Of a stretch of 64,000 nucleotides of DNA, positions 25,946 to 41,186 are shown one piece after another. The DNA is from Eledone cirrhosa (Eukaryota). The notes beneath the pieces are model-generated. The model was not told where the DNA came from and searched no databases. It was given only the letters and a program-made list of their open reading frames with translations. The DNA is taken from NCBI GenBank assembly GCA_964016885.1, contig OZ024742.1, forward strand, positions 117,614,001-117,678,000. Reading direction: 5' to 3'. Each line of letters begins with the position of its first letter. Position 1 is the stretch's first letter. A program made the translations under genes and the position numbers.

Positions 25946-27703
25946 ATATATATATCATTTAATATCTATTTTTCCACATTTGCATGTATATAGTTCTCCA
26001 GCATAGCTATAATCTCACAACTGAAACCAGTAAAAGAATAAGAGAATCCTGTGAGTGAGTGTATGTGAATTTAAAGCAAATGTTGACATTTGTTTATGTT
26101 CCACATAAACATTGTGTGCTTCTATATAACAGCCAATATGTGATATATCTTTGTTTCTTTTTCTTCTTTGTTCACTTATTCAGGGTCCTCAGAAACACCT
26201 TCCAAAGAGTCATATTTGAAACAACCATTTCCAAATGTTCTGGTTGAGTCCCCAAGCAAGCCCAATTGAGCTCATGGGTGTTCTCCAACCATCTTGCTCG
26301 AGGTCTACCTCTGGGTCTTCTGCCAGTTAGCTTTGCCTGTAAAATATGTCTGACAATTCTTTCTTTAGACATTCTAACCACATGTCCATAGTATCAGGGC
26401 CATGATCTCTTGACTCAAAGAAGTAGCAGCTCTAGTGCAACCCTCAGATCTCCAATCTACATACTATATTGGGTAACATTACTCCATTGCCTTTCCTTGC
26501 ATTCACAATCATATTCTTTCAGTCATTATCTAAAATGTTCACCCATAAGTTAAGGCAGTCATGAACACTGAACTGAAGATAGGGAGTTTTGCTGTTCCTC
26601 CTACTTCTTTTAAGCTAGAATCCAACTTTGATTGTTTTATAAATATAGCCTATATCAATGTAAGGATTAGCATCAGGAAGGGCATCAAAAGTCTCATCCA
26701 ACCTATGCCAACATAAAAAATTAACATAGAAACGATGATGATGATGATGTTTATATATATATATGAAACACAAATTTAAATTTTGAAAACCAACATAATG
26801 CGTTATGAAGATTGTTAAAATTGCCAAGATAACAAAAGAATTTTACCTTAGCAAAAACCCATTATCAAGGGAGTGACCCTATAAGAGACTTAAAAATCGA
26901 TCAGATAGACTTGTTTGTATGGGAGCAGAATTAAGTGAAAAAAATGTTTTTTTAATCTGTCATATATATATATGTGTGTGACAAGCTTCTGTACAGTTTT
27001 CATCTACCAAATTAGCTCATAAGGTGTTGGTTAACCTGAGATTAATAAAGGTGCCACACAATAGGATCAAAGCTGAAATCACATTGTTGTGAAATAAACT
27101 TCTTAGCCACACAGTCATACATGTACTTCTATATACTTAGTAGCAGACTAGGTTCCAAATAGGTCAACATGTATGAGTAACTGAGTGTTGACAGCATCGA
27201 TAGAGCATCGGACAATATGCTTTGCAGCATAGAGTTATGACCCCTTACGTTCTGAGTTCAAATCCTGCTGAGGTTAGCTTTGCCTTTTATCCTTACAGGG
27301 TCAATAAAATAAAGCACCAATAATGCATTGGGGTCGATTTAATTGACTTTCCCCACTTCCTTTCAAATTGCTGGCCTTGTGCCTAAAGTAGAAACAATTA
27401 TTACCCTTAGTTTAGAAATAAATATTTTTTGTGTGAATCCAATATGATAATATCTTTATTGTCCTCACCATTATTGTTTTTGTCCACATTAACATGATAG
27501 CATGGGTGAGATAAGGAATCTGTTGTACATATCCAGGAATACAACACCTGATAATGATGATTGGAGATAAAACTTATTTAAACATAGTGTAAATAGATAT
27601 AGATTTTTTTTTTATGTTATATTTCTGAACCTGAGCTTGAATAATTGGAGGAATTACAATATTTTGCTTCTTTCTATTTTTAATTTTTTTTCTTCTCTTT
27701 CAG

Positions 27704-27837
27704 GAACACGAAATGAAAAGAATCATCAGAAAAATTCAAGTTCTGAAAGATCTACGACCATCTCTAGGAAATGGTGGATAGTATTCGGATTCATGTCATT
27801 ATTATATCAGAATGGTGTCACATTTTTAGAACCATAA
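27704..27837 (+). CDS. Candidate terminal coding exon with a GPI-signal-like or hydrophobic C-terminus
   Basis: About 40-nt pyrimidine-rich tract, then cAG|GA ACA CGA... (phase 1), giving GTRNEKNHQKNSSSERSTTISRKWWIVFGFMSLLYQNGVTFLEP*. Followed by about 1 kb of AT-rich, UTR-like sequence with no recognisable TE and aataaa motifs. Confidence 0.5.
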
Positions 27838-29204
27838 CTAATTACATTGACTAGTTTATGAAAATATTTAAGTTTCAGACTAGAAAGAAGAATTAAAAAC
27901 AGAATCAGAGAATCAGACTGACATATCAGGCTATCTGCAAATATGAACATCAGGAAGAATAAAATACTGAAACAATGAAAAAGATACAAATTTCATTTCC
28001 ACATTTTTTTTTTTTTTGTTACTAAATATAAAAAGAATTAAATTCTAATTATAAATGCTAGAAATTAACTATTTATTAACATTCTTGGGAAAACAAAACC
28101 AAAAAATGGTTTATAACTAACAGACCGATGTATCATGGATTCTTCACACTGATTGTAAGCAGAGCGAATAAAATCATCATTAATTGACAATGATGAGAAA
28201 TTAAGTATCTTCAGAGGCTGAAATGGTAAACCACTTGGCAGAAAGACTGTAGTCACTGGAATAAGAATGACAGTTTCTTTGGGGCAGGAGTTAGTTTTGA
28301 ACTGAAGATATAAAGAAGGAAAGGAAACCCCAGTGTAAAATAAAAGGAAATGAGGATGTTTTATAAAAAAAAAAAAAAAAAACCCGAAAAATTAAAATTA
28401 TATCAACTAGTGTGATTTATTTGAAACACACATACACACACACTCAAAGAATAATTGATCAAATGTGAGAAAACAATAGCAGCATCCTATAAATATGAAC
28501 TTCATCTGTTTTCATAACCGATGGAATCACAGATCGAGAGATAACAGTAGCAGAATTCATAATTATAATGTTTTTAGATGACACTGCTACATATTTCCCC
28601 ATAATGGTGGCCAATATCATTTTTCTTCTTGTTATTCAGCAGGACTATTTTCAAAAGAGAAAAAAATTAAAAGAGGAATTTTTTAAAACAAGTTTGGAGA
28701 AAAAAAAAATTAAAAATAAAAAAAAATCTATCCACCAAAAGGTATAAAAAATAAAACAAATATCCAACTCATGAGAACCAAAGGGGTGTGTGTCAGTGTC
28801 TGGTAATGGGTGTGTTTATATCTGTGTGTATGATTATAGTTAGTTAAATCTGCAAGTGCATATGTATCAGTGTGCATGTGTGAATGTGTATGTGTGTGTC
28901 AGTGAGAATGTGTGTTCACATACAGGCATTTGTACAAATGTGAAATTTATTCAGATGATAGCATATGACCAGTGGGTTTTCCTTCTTCTCCTAGCCATGA
29001 TTCTACTCCTACTCCCATTCCTCCTCCTCTCGCTTTATACATATTCCTAACACAAATGACTGACTACCAACACATAAATATTATTGTATATCTATGTCTG
29101 TCTATTTATCTGTCCCTCTATCCATCTATCTCTCTACTTACCAATCTACCTATCTGTCAGTCTATCGATCTGTCTCCCTTCTTTCCCATTATATATATAT
29201 GTAA

Positions 29205-31787
29205 CTTCTCCTTTTTTGCCCTCTTATTCCAGGGAGGGTTATAGGGGCTGAGTCCTCAAAAACCTTTTTCAGCGAGTCCTGTAAAAAGCAACCATCTCCA
29301 ATTAAGCTCATGGATGTTATCCAACCATCTTGCTTGGGGTCTCATACCAGTTGGTTTTGCCCATAATATCTGTCCAGCGATTCTTTCCTGAGACATTCTA
29401 ACCACGTTTCTGTAATATTGGAGCTGTGATCTCACATTTCAGAGAAGTAGCGGCTTTAGCTGGTGTGATACTCTAATCACTGAGCTACACACTCTAGCAA
29501 TTAATGTTACTCCAAAGACCCTGCAGAGAAACCCAATTTCAGACACTTGTATTCACGACCATATTCTTTTGGTCATTACCCAAGATTCATGACCATAGGT
29601 AAGGGTTAGCAGGAATACTGAATTGAAGATAGCGAGTTTGGCTCTTACACCTACCACCCTTCTTCTGATGACCGAATGCTGAAGCTGGTGCATTATTGCA
29701 CTAGCTCCAGCAATTTTTGCACTTAATTCAGCCTCATGCCTTCCTTCACTCGTGAACACAGCCCCGAGATACTTGAACTGCTCCACCTGCTTCAATGGAA
29801 CTCCACACACATGTAGCATGCACTGCGCAGGCTTCCTTGAGAGGACGAGTGTCTCAGTCTTCACAGTAGTGATTTTCCTTCCTGCTGTGCAGTACTCTAC
29901 ATCAAACCTATCAAGTGCATGTCAGTGTTCACTGTCTGATGAGTTAATTAACACCATGTTGTCTGCAAATTCCAGCCAACTGATTTTACACCTTCCAGTT
30001 TTGATAGCAGTTCCAACCTGGCTGAGCCTGTTAATCCTGTCCATGAAGATAATGAACAGGAGAGGTGACAGTGTATACCCTTGGCAGAGTCTGACACCCA
30101 CATTGAAGGTTTTGAGTTAGCACTTTTTAGCCAAACACAAATAATAGGGCATTCTTATAGAGACCTCAAGGCAACAAGAAACTGTCTATCAATCCTGTAC
30201 TCCTGCAACACCTTCCAAAACAGCTTCTGTATAACATGGTCAAATGCCTTTTTGAGGTCTATGAAACAAGAATACTCCTCATGGCAATACTCCCATGATT
30301 TCTCAAAGACCTGCTGTAGTGCGAATATTTGATCAGCTGTGCTATGTCTGAGGGAGAAGCCACACTGTTCGTCAGGTAGCTTGGACTCAACGCTAGACAC
30401 TTAGCATAGACTTCACCGGGAAGGCGTAGTATCCACAAACCTGTTCTTGACTTCCTTATCTCCAGCATTTCCTACTTTATTCTATTGGTCCAGCTGCATA
30501 TAAGCTCTCATGGCTTTAGATAGTCTGAAGCTGCAGATAACTAGATGGTGATTAGTTGACAGCCCAACCCCTCTCTTAAAACAAACATCCAGCATAGAAT
30601 CAAAGAGATCAGAGACAATAACAAAATCAATTATTGATCTCTGTCTCTAATTTCCCTTATACCATGTATATTTATGGATGTCTTTGTACTGGATGGTGTT
30701 CATAATAGAGAGCTCATTACTAGAGTAGAAGTCTAATAAAGTCTCTCTATTTGTATTTAGATTGGGATTGCTGTTCCTTCCAATTACTCTTTTCCATGCC
30801 AGGTAGTCAGTGCCAACATGGGCATTGAAGTCTCCTATTAGGATATATGACTCAATTGTAACTACATCTAATGCTGCAGTGACTTCATCAAGGAGCGAAC
30901 TGTATTTAGCTTCTCTGTTTGGTGCATAAACTTGCACCACTCACAGAGTCATTTCTTTCAACTTACACCTCAAGAGGCAAATCCTCCCTCCTAATAGGAT
31001 CCAGTTCATAATACAGTCTGAGAGCCAGAGGATAGTGAGTTTCCCCACACCTGCCTGAGCAGTCTTTTCTTGTGCAACACCTGAATAGTGGAGTTTCAAT
31101 CCTCCATCCAAATTTACAGTACCAGAGCCACAGAACTTTGTTGAGGAAACCCAACTAAATCTAGCTGGTAGCCTCTAGCCTCCTCCATTAGTTCCTGCTC
31201 CTTGCCTGTAAGGGTTATAATATTCCAGTTAACAATTGTCGTGGTTTTCTCCCTTCTGGACCCTCTCTGGTGTCTCAGCATACATAACATTTTTGCTTCC
31301 ATCCCATGCTTCCCAGCACAGATTGCAGGCCAATCGCCAGTTTTGCAGCATTGGATAGAGACTGTAATATCTTTTTCGAACAGGCCCCTCTACCTGAGGC
31401 TTGGACATGTCCCTTCTTATCCTACACAAAGGATGATGCAGTATGACTGCCTTTGTTGTGTCTAGATATGATATGTTGCAGTGATGTTTGGTGGTCTTAT
31501 TCATATCAGTCACCAATTTGGTACTTTTCTCAGACCTGCAAAGTCTAGGCTGTTTTAGAAGCGGCCTTTACATATCTCATTGTAGCTACATCACTGGGTT
31601 GTGAGAGTTTTCTTGGGAGCTAATAGTGTCACCCATTGCTCCATCTTCATTAGTAGTTTACCGCTGTTTTTCTTGGGCTGCTTATTCATCTGGCAGGAGC
31701 CCACTTATATCACAACTAGCCATCATCTGGTACCCGTATCACTGTCCACCACCTGCAATCCATTCTCTAGCAGAACAAGTCTGCTGA

Positions 31788-31790
<3 letters not shown>
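29205..31790 (-). mobile_element. Near full-span degenerate RTE/RTEX-like LINE (second family; APE and RT)
   Basis: TIVNWNIITL, VQVYAPN...ILIGDFNAHVG (APE), DEQCGF...STADQIFALQQVFEKSWEY...FIDLKKAFD (RT), VEQFKYLG and TYGHESW. Internal deletions and stops. Confidence 0.85.
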
Positions 31791-31828
<38 letters not shown>

Positions 31829-32376
31829 ACTCTGTAAGTATGTCTGTCTGTTTATCTGCCTGTCTACCACTCTCTCAATATATATAAATACACACACAAT
31901 CATGCACACATGTGATACTTCTAATTGAAACTGGTTATTATTTTAGTTGATTGTATTGTTACTGTTATACATTTGTTTGTTTTGTTTTTTAGGGGGTAGG
32001 GACAAGAATTTAAAGAAAGATGAAGTAAATTTATGTTGAAATAATTTCAGAATGAAAGAACACCTTGACAAAATGAACATACATGCAAACGTTTCATGGA
32101 TGTATGTATCAATATAAATAGACACCCTGCATGCATTAAGTGAAGGTATATATATATATCATTTAGATAACAAACAAAACATATGAATACAACAGTTTCA
32201 TTGAATAGACTTTTTATATAAACATACATTTAGCTATAAACTTGTATATATATATGTATAGGTGCATCATCATCATTATCATCACCATTTAATGTCTACT
32301 TTTCAAAGCTTAATGGGTTAAACATATACATATATATTTATATATATGTGTATGTGTGTGTGTGTGTGTGTGTGTG

Positions 32377-32587
32377 ATATTAGTGAAAGTAGAGGATCTA
32401 CCGTGAGCTCTGGGGTTTTGACTAGTTACCTCTTCTAGAAGAGTAGCCAAAACTGCTGAGGTCGTAGTTCATCCTCTACTTTCACTAATATACCCACTCT
32501 ACACGTTACCATGTATCGAATACTTCACGTTACACGTTACCATGTATCGATTTGTTGTATTCCTGGTCCCAGTACCACAGACTATCG

Positions 32588-32590
<3 letters not shown>
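32377..32590. repeat. Short fold-back unit (perfect 21-bp terminal arms 32377-32397 / 32471-32491) with a tail containing a 20-bp direct repeat, between microsatellites
   Basis: atattagtgaaagtagaggat / atcctctactttcactaatat. tacacgttaccatgtatcga occurs at 32500 and 32531. Confidence 0.75.
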
Positions 32591-32655
<65 letters not shown>

Positions 32656-32668
32656 AGAAACTAAAGTA

Positions 32669-32959
32669 TTGAAACTAAACCAATTACAAAATGGATGACC
32701 CTTCTAGCCATTCAAGAACTCTCAAAAACTGTTAACTTCACATTACATTTATCGTTTATTTCTTGGTGTCAAAATATTCAGCACACTGCCTGTGACCTGG
32801 TCACAGACACAGTTCTACTTCAGTCACCAGATCACCAACAATGCCATGGAAAGTTTGATACATAATAAATTATGATAAATGTAAAGTAAAGTTAACAGTT
32901 TTTTAAGTGTTTTTGATTGACTAGAATGACTCTTTCATTTTGTAATTGCTTTAGTTTCA
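32669..32959. repeat. Degenerate fold-back (arms of about 90 bp) next to (TA)n
   Basis: tgaaactaaaccaattacaaaatg...gttaacttcacattacatttatc versus gataaatgtaaagtaaagttaac...cattttgtaattgctttagtttca. Confidence 0.7.
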
Positions 32960-35353
32960 ACACATATCTCAGATCAAGTCACTTCCTAGAAAAGTGTAAC
33001 TTTACAGTCTACAGTCTCTGTTGGGACTCCTTTTCATCAGACAAGTAAATAAGACATTAATGATATTTCAGCTCTATTGATAACATAGAGTGCTCTTTTC
33101 CTTATTCCTTTCAACTAAAGCCACCAATACTACACACACACACACATACTTATATATATATATTGAGAGAGACAGAAATCATACACATAGGCATATATAC
33201 ATTGTACACTTAGTGCTATATACATATACATACTTTAAGACTACTTAGTTTAAATACAACAGCATACAGATGGCTAAGCATTCATTTTTTCCATTTATTT
33301 AACCACTTACATATCAAACTACATGAATTGAAAGAAATTTTGTTTTAATCTTTTAATTTATGGAATAAGATCATTTTTAATTAGCCTAAAGCAATTACTG
33401 ACAGTATCAATAGCCATAAAATGAAAGTCACTTAATTTAAGAATAGTTAGAGGATATAATTTTGTTTTCAACAAAATGTAATCTGTTTGTTAAAGAATAA
33501 AATTATATTTCATAAATATTTAGTCAGGTATCTGAACTTTGTCAAAATGGAATCACACCTGTCAGGCATTGTATGTCTAATTTTGATGATTGCATTATCT
33601 GATATTCCTTCTCATATTCTGGTTATATAAATGTATAGCGATTCGATAGACTCATTAGAGTATAGGACAATATGTCTTGCAGTATTTGTTCTGACTCTGC
33701 TCTATGAGCTCAAATCCCACTAAAGCTAACTTTGAAGTCAGCAGGGTCACTAAAATAAACATAGATTTGTGAAATTGTTAGTTTTGAACGAGATGCCTTG
33801 CAGTATTTGTTCTAGTTCTTTGCATTCAGAGTTCAAATCTCACTGTAGCCTACTACTAGGGTGGAAGACATAATTTGTCACCCAGTTTAACACCACCTGA
33901 CCCTTTAGTGGAGTTCACTTTGGTGCAACCATTCAAACCAGAGCTCCAGCTTGAAGGTAACTTCTTCCTTGCCTCACATTAGTGTTAGTGACTCTAAAAG
34001 GGCTTAGGGGAATTGCCCTTTCTTCCTTGACTAAACAGCATAAAAGAAATACACATCACTCAATTACTTGGATGTTCCTTGTTCAATACACATCTCAATC
34101 CATTTCCATTTGTTTTCTCTTGGATTTAAATACAGGGATTACACTGATCACTGCAGTATTCTTGTTTTTAATGAACTCCTTGATTATTCATATAGTATAC
34201 TTGTGTTATTGTATACTGAAAAATCCACCAACTGCACAAATCACTCTTGAGATTGGGAAACAGTCAGTTTTTGTCAAAGAATTGTATATTTTTCTTAAAA
34301 TGCAGCATGCATCATATAGCCAAACTACTTTAGTTAATTTTTTAGGATAGTTAACCCAATCCATTTTTAGTATTGCTGTTCAAAATATCAACAATTGGTA
34401 TTGTCCTGTTCCTTATTAAATACTAGTGAAAGAATCACTGCATTCTTTCAATAGATTTACACAACTGTCCTGGTCAAGGATGGTTAGAATAGCTACCAAT
34501 TTTACTGAAGATGTCCATGGTGAATAGCTAGTATTTAAAATCCAATTTCAGCAGCTATGGTTCAACATATCCATTTCTGTTTATGAAAAATTGGGCAATT
34601 TTAGATTTGTTTCACTTAACCATCATATAGGCCTCTATCAGTCATGAATGACCATGGGTTTGCTCCTAAAAAGTTCCCCATTGAGGCACAAGCCCAGGCA
34701 AGATGTTTTTATAGAAGACCAGCAGTTGCCCAGTCTCACTTCGCAATGCCACTGATGTTGTCCAATGGAAAGGCAAAGACCAATACAGCTTGGCACCAAT
34801 GACGTCACAAATCATTTTTTCTAGCTGAGTGAACTGGGGTAACATGAAATAAAATGTCTTGATACAGTGCTCTACCTGGTTCAGGAATCAAACTCACAAA
34901 CTCATGCTTGTGAGCCCAGTGCTCAAACTACTAAGCTAGACACCTTCACAACAGATCTTATAATGATATAATCAAATAGTTATTAACCCTCTTGGCACAG
35001 CAGGTGACTAAATGTGCCAATAGAGTAATCTCCCCTTAATACATAATACAATATCAAGGGAAGCAATTCATTAAAAAATTCAGCCTCTAGAAAGTTAATA
35101 GGCTGTTTCATTTAGGGAGAGTATAATATCAAATATAAAAATAAAATTTGTAAATGTTCCTAAATTAAGTGTCAATGATTCTAATGTGGGTTTATTAACA
35201 CTATCAATAATTGCATAAGGCTAACAAAAATATCCCTGCATAAAATTACATTATTTAGCAGAAGAAAAATATATTTCCAATAATATAAATATAATTTGAA
35301 TGACACACCTTATTAAATAAATAGAAATAATTAATGTCTAATCATCAGTATAG

Positions 35354-35420
<67 letters not shown>

Positions 35421-36499
35421 CATATATATATAATAAAGTTATATCTGTATATATATAGTATAGATATAACAAAACTGCATCAATGTGTATATCACATTTA
35501 GACATGTTTAGTATATAGACATGTAATTATGCCAAATACATATATTTTCCTGTAAATTAAAAAAAAAATTATAAATAACTTTAATCGGTTTCAGAAAGTG
35601 TGTATATCTTCAAAACATCTACAGCGAAATATGTAAATAAGGGGCTAATGTATTATATCACATTTAATAGTATCCTGAAATGGATGTACTAATTTGTATA
35701 TTATTAGCACATGTGGTTGTTTAGATGGTATACATACCTTCCTATGAAGTATATATATACACATATAAATGTATATGTATATATATGCAAATATACATAC
35801 ATATAGATATTTATATATTTGCATATTTATATATATACAAATATATATAAATATACATACATATATATAATATGTATCTCTCTCTCTCTCTATATATATA
35901 TATATAGATATATATAATATAGATATATATATATATATATATGTATATGCATGCATGTGTGTGTGCATTAAATGTTGATGATAATGATGATATATATATT
36001 TATATATATATATAAGCATGGATATGTTATTAAGGAGTTTGTTTTGCAACCATGTGGTTCTGAGTTCACTCTTACTGCACACCACCTTGCACAAGTGTCT
36101 TCTCCTACAGGCTCAAGTTGACCAATGCCTTCTGAGTAGAATTTGGTAGATGGAAAACTCAGAAGCCCATCATATATATCCTTGTGTATATATATATATA
36201 TATGTGTGTATGTGTACATGCGTGTGTATGTATTATATTGAAAACACAACTGTGCTCCACTGCTAAGCACATGGCCAGTATGCTACTAGCATTAACAGAT
36301 TCTGAAAATGGAGCTATGAAGGCCTGAAAACCTTAATGCACATATGGATTTAGGAATGCTGCTGTTCCAAACTAAGCATAGAGAACCTATAAGGAAACAC
36401 GAAAAATTAATAGAAATGATCAACCTGGAATACAGTCATGTTTTCAACATAATGTGTTTGACAGAAAAGCCCTTCTCTATTTATATAAATACACTCACT

Positions 36500-37050
<551 letters not shown>

Positions 37051-37788
37051 ATCTAAATGGATATACATGCACAAATAATACCCTAGTGATAAAAAATTCT
37101 AACAAATGGAGACTATAATAAAAAATCATAAAATCAAAATTTAAACAACCAACCAACCAAAATTGAAACAATAAAATAAAATAAACTGAATACCTAAGTT
37201 TCTTCTAGAAAATTCCGAAGGGTACTATCCCTTCCTATATTTGTTGTTATATCTTTTTCTGTAGTGGGAGGAAACTTTACACATGCATTGTTAACCCTGA
37301 GTTAATGGTTGGAATATTTCATTCAGAAAATTTAGCCTTGTACACCCAAAACCCACAAACTAAACATGTCGATGGTTGGTTGGGTTATCTTAAATGTTTT
37401 CATTCTTTTTATTAAAATCATGATAATTTTGTAATTAATGCCAAAACTATTGTTATCATTATCGCTGTTATCATTCTCATCAATATTATTGCTATCAGCA
37501 TTAATGTCTGTTTTTCCATGTTTACATTCAATGGACTGAACACGATTTTTCAAGACAGAATTATTTTACAGCTGACGACCTCTTCTTGATGCCAACCCAC
37601 AATGTGTTTTTTTTTTGTGTTTTGTTTTGCTTGTTTGTTTTTTGTTATTTTTAAAAGTAAGGTGCAGATCTTGACATGTCTAAAAAATTAGTAAAAATTA
37701 GTAATGATTCCCTGTTAATATAGAATGTAAAGATGTATGATTCCCTGCAAAGTCAAATATGAAGAGAAGAAAAATTTACACACCCTAT

Positions 37789-38130
37789 AGGCACATGGCT
37801 TAGTGGTTAGAGCATTGAGCCTACAGTCAGGAGGTTGTGAGTTCGATTCTCAGACCAGGTAATGCATTGTGTCCTTGAGCAAGACACTTTATTTCATATT
37901 GCTCCAGTTCACTCAGTTCTAGAAATGAGTTCGCCATCACAGGTGCCAAGCTGTATTGTAATGGCTTTAGCCTTTCTCTTGGACAATATCGGTGGTGTGG
38001 TGAAGGGAAGCTGGTATATATGGGTGACTGCTGGTCTTCCACAAACAACCTTGCCCGGACTTGTGCCTCAGAGGGGAACATTCTAGTTGCAAATCCCATG
38101 GCCATTCATCACCGAAGGAGGTCTTTACCA
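37789..38130 (+). mobile_element. SINE with family-B head and a different 3' half
   Basis: ggcacatggcttagtggttagagc...gagttcgattctc head. The tail matches the reverse complement of 34630-34950. Confidence 0.75.
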
Positions 38131-38820
38131 TGTGTGTGTGTGCATGTGTGTGTGTATGTATAAAGTGAACAGAGTAGTGAACTAGGCAAAATTTGCTGAA
38201 ATTTGAAGAAAGGTTTATTACATAATAGGGTCTATGGCATGTGTTTCAATACAATTATGCAATTGCCAATGAGAGCTGAACAATTATGTTATATAATCCA
38301 CTTTTGTTTCACATATTCATTTTACACACACGTGAATTAACTAACCTACATAAAACAAATACTCCTATTTCTTCTTGCATATATACATATATATGTGTAT
38401 GTGTGTGTATATAACTAAGAACCACAGTTGCCTTAATTCAAATGTAAATATATCCAGAAGAAACCAAAGCTATCCACTAACTCAAGCAAATGTAATCCAT
38501 AAACTTACTTTCAACACTACTCACCAGACCTCTACCAAAGTAAAGATCACACACATCCTCCAATGTATGAACATGATCAAATGCAATAACAGCTGATCCC
38601 ACCAAGGGACTTTTATGTCAGAGTCTTGTCAACAAAAGGTATGACATATTTACAGAATTAAGACCACCAATGCCTTAACTATAACGATGTATAATATATC
38701 CAGAACAAACCAGTTATCCATTAACTCAGACACACGTATTCCATAAACCAACATTCAACCCCACTCAACAGGCACATACCACACAAGGAAAAGTAAAAAT
38801 TACACACATCCACCAAGACT

Positions 38821-39047
38821 ATAACCCTTTAACATTTAAACTGGCTGTATCCAGCCAGAATTCTCTCACCTCTTTCTGTTCAAACTGGCCATAACCGGCT
38901 GCTTGTACTTACTTTAAGGTATTGTTCTCAAAATAAATATCAAAATCTGATAGATTCGATATTATTGTGAGATAATTATATGAGATAAAGTGTTTACCAT
39001 GAAAATAAAATAGTAAATATAGAGTAAAATAAATGCTAAAGAGTTAA
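38821..39047. mobile_element. piggyBac-type MITE, second copy
   Basis: Co-linear with 18882-19110; termini slightly decayed (ataa-ccctttaacattt ... aaatgctaaagag-ttaa). Confidence 0.8.
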
Positions 39048-39424
39048 GTAAACCCTCTCAGCAAAATAGTTACTGGTATGGGGGTGATGGATGTCATTGT
39101 TTTTCTTTTGTTAATTATCCTAATTTTATTATTTTAATCTGTGACAAACGTGTTCTTTCTTCTCCCCCCCCCCCCCCCCCCCAATAATTTCAATGGATTA
39201 CATTTTTAACACAATATCTTAGTTTCTTCTTCTTGCCTTTTTTCCTTTCATTTTATTACATATATATGTTTAGTTTGATTCATTCGTGTTCCTTAATCAG
39301 TAAGTGCTTCACAATTGTACTTGCCGATCAATTAATACTTGTGTATGCAGGGATTAGCACTCAAAGTAGTATAGTTTCCAGACTGTGATATAGTCAGGCA
39401 GGTTTATGTAGGTCAAAGATTTTG

Positions 39425-39760
39425 TATATGAATGAATAAAGCAGTATTTTGGAATTTAATATCATTTTATTAATTAGATCATTGCTATTATGTGCATTTC
39501 CATGGCATCAATTATGTAATTGATACAATCTCCTCAAGTAACCATTATGTAATTCTTTAAACTGAAATTTGTTCCAGATGAGTATTTTCAATGTTGTCAT
39601 CTGAAGCCTAGCAAATATATATGAAGAATTATATAATGGCTATCTAACAAGATCGTATCAATTATATAATCGATGTCACTGAAATGTGCATAATAGCAAT
39701 GATTTAATTAATAAAATGATATAAGATTCCAGAATACTGCCTTATTCTTCATTCTTATAT
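39425..39760. repeat. Degenerate fold-back (arms of about 135 bp) next to (TA)n
   Basis: gaataaagcagtattttggaat...atcattgctattatgtgcatt versus aatgtgcataatagcaatgat...attccagaatactgccttattc. Confidence 0.75.
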
Positions 39761-41098
39761 GTATGTATATATATATATATATACATACATACATATATAG
39801 GATATCTTAGAACAAACAAGCAAAGAGACTATAGTTCAGTGAAGATCTGAATACATTATAAATGTAGAATATATATTCACTAATTTGATTTGAAATTGAC
39901 TACTGACTAACAGTTTCCCTGTGCTATGACAGTATCATCAGAGGTTAATATATTCAAAGGTACAGATTTCATCATATTTACACAGGTCATATTTGAAAGC
40001 AACAAAATCATGTCAAATAAAAAAAAAATAGTAAGATAAATAAAATAACCTAGACTGGGAAAGATAATTGGTCAATATAATGAATAACATTTTCTCCAAT
40101 CTAAATTGATTTATTTAACTTATCATTATAATTTTTCCTTTCAATGGTTTGTATTATATCATCATCATCGTTTAATGTCTATCTTCCATGCTAGCATGGG
40201 TTAGACGGGAATGTACCTCTTGAGGCAAGATTGATCAGGTAACCGTGTCTTGCTCATATAGGACTGTATCTGGCAGGTTTTCTATGGCTGGATGCCCTTC
40301 CTAACACCATTTTTTTTCCAAACATGACATGTAAAATATAATGATTTCTAACTGGGGTACAAGGCCTGTAATTTGAGGGATGAGAAAGTCAATTAAGTTA
40401 ACCCAGTACTTGACAGGTACTTTATTTTATTGACCCTGAAATGACAAAAGACAAAATCGACTTCAGCAGGATTTGAACGGAGAATATAAAGAACTGGAAC
40501 AAATACTGCTATGCAGTTAACCAACACTCTAACAACTTGGTTAATCCACTGCCTGTAAAATATAATGATATCTGTATATTTGATTGTTATAGTATCCATT
40601 GATACTATTGATAATGCAGGGACTGTTGTCAAATCCAAATCAAATAGTTATTGTTTAGCCCCTTATTAGCCGTCATCAAGTACACCTATAATCAAAGACC
40701 TTCTAATTGTGACTATCCCTTCTTATAATTCCTTCAGACATAATACTGTATTTAGGAGTGCCTTGTCCAACATTGTGTCTTTCATTTAAATAGATAGTGG
40801 GTGTGATATGAAAGAGATTTGACTGGTGTATCTGTTTAGAGGTGGCAAATTGGTAGAGTTGTTAGAATATCAGAATGCTTTGTGATATTCAGACGATAGG
40901 ATTACATAATAAAGTTTAGTTTTAAATATAAAAGTTTTTTGGCTGCATACAATTCGCTGAATGGTAGAATCCTACTTTCAGGTTCTATTACATAGTTCGA
41001 CAAGCTGGTGTATGTGTGTGAGTTAGTGGGAAAAAGTAACTAGAATGATCAAGAGAACCACGAGTGGAACTCATAGCTGAAAGGTTCAAAATGATACA

Positions 41099-41186
<88 letters not shown>

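Noticed and set aside
33982-34350. 122-aa plus-strand ORF
   Set aside because: No motif or splice support. The region looks like the antisense of a decayed LINE RT.
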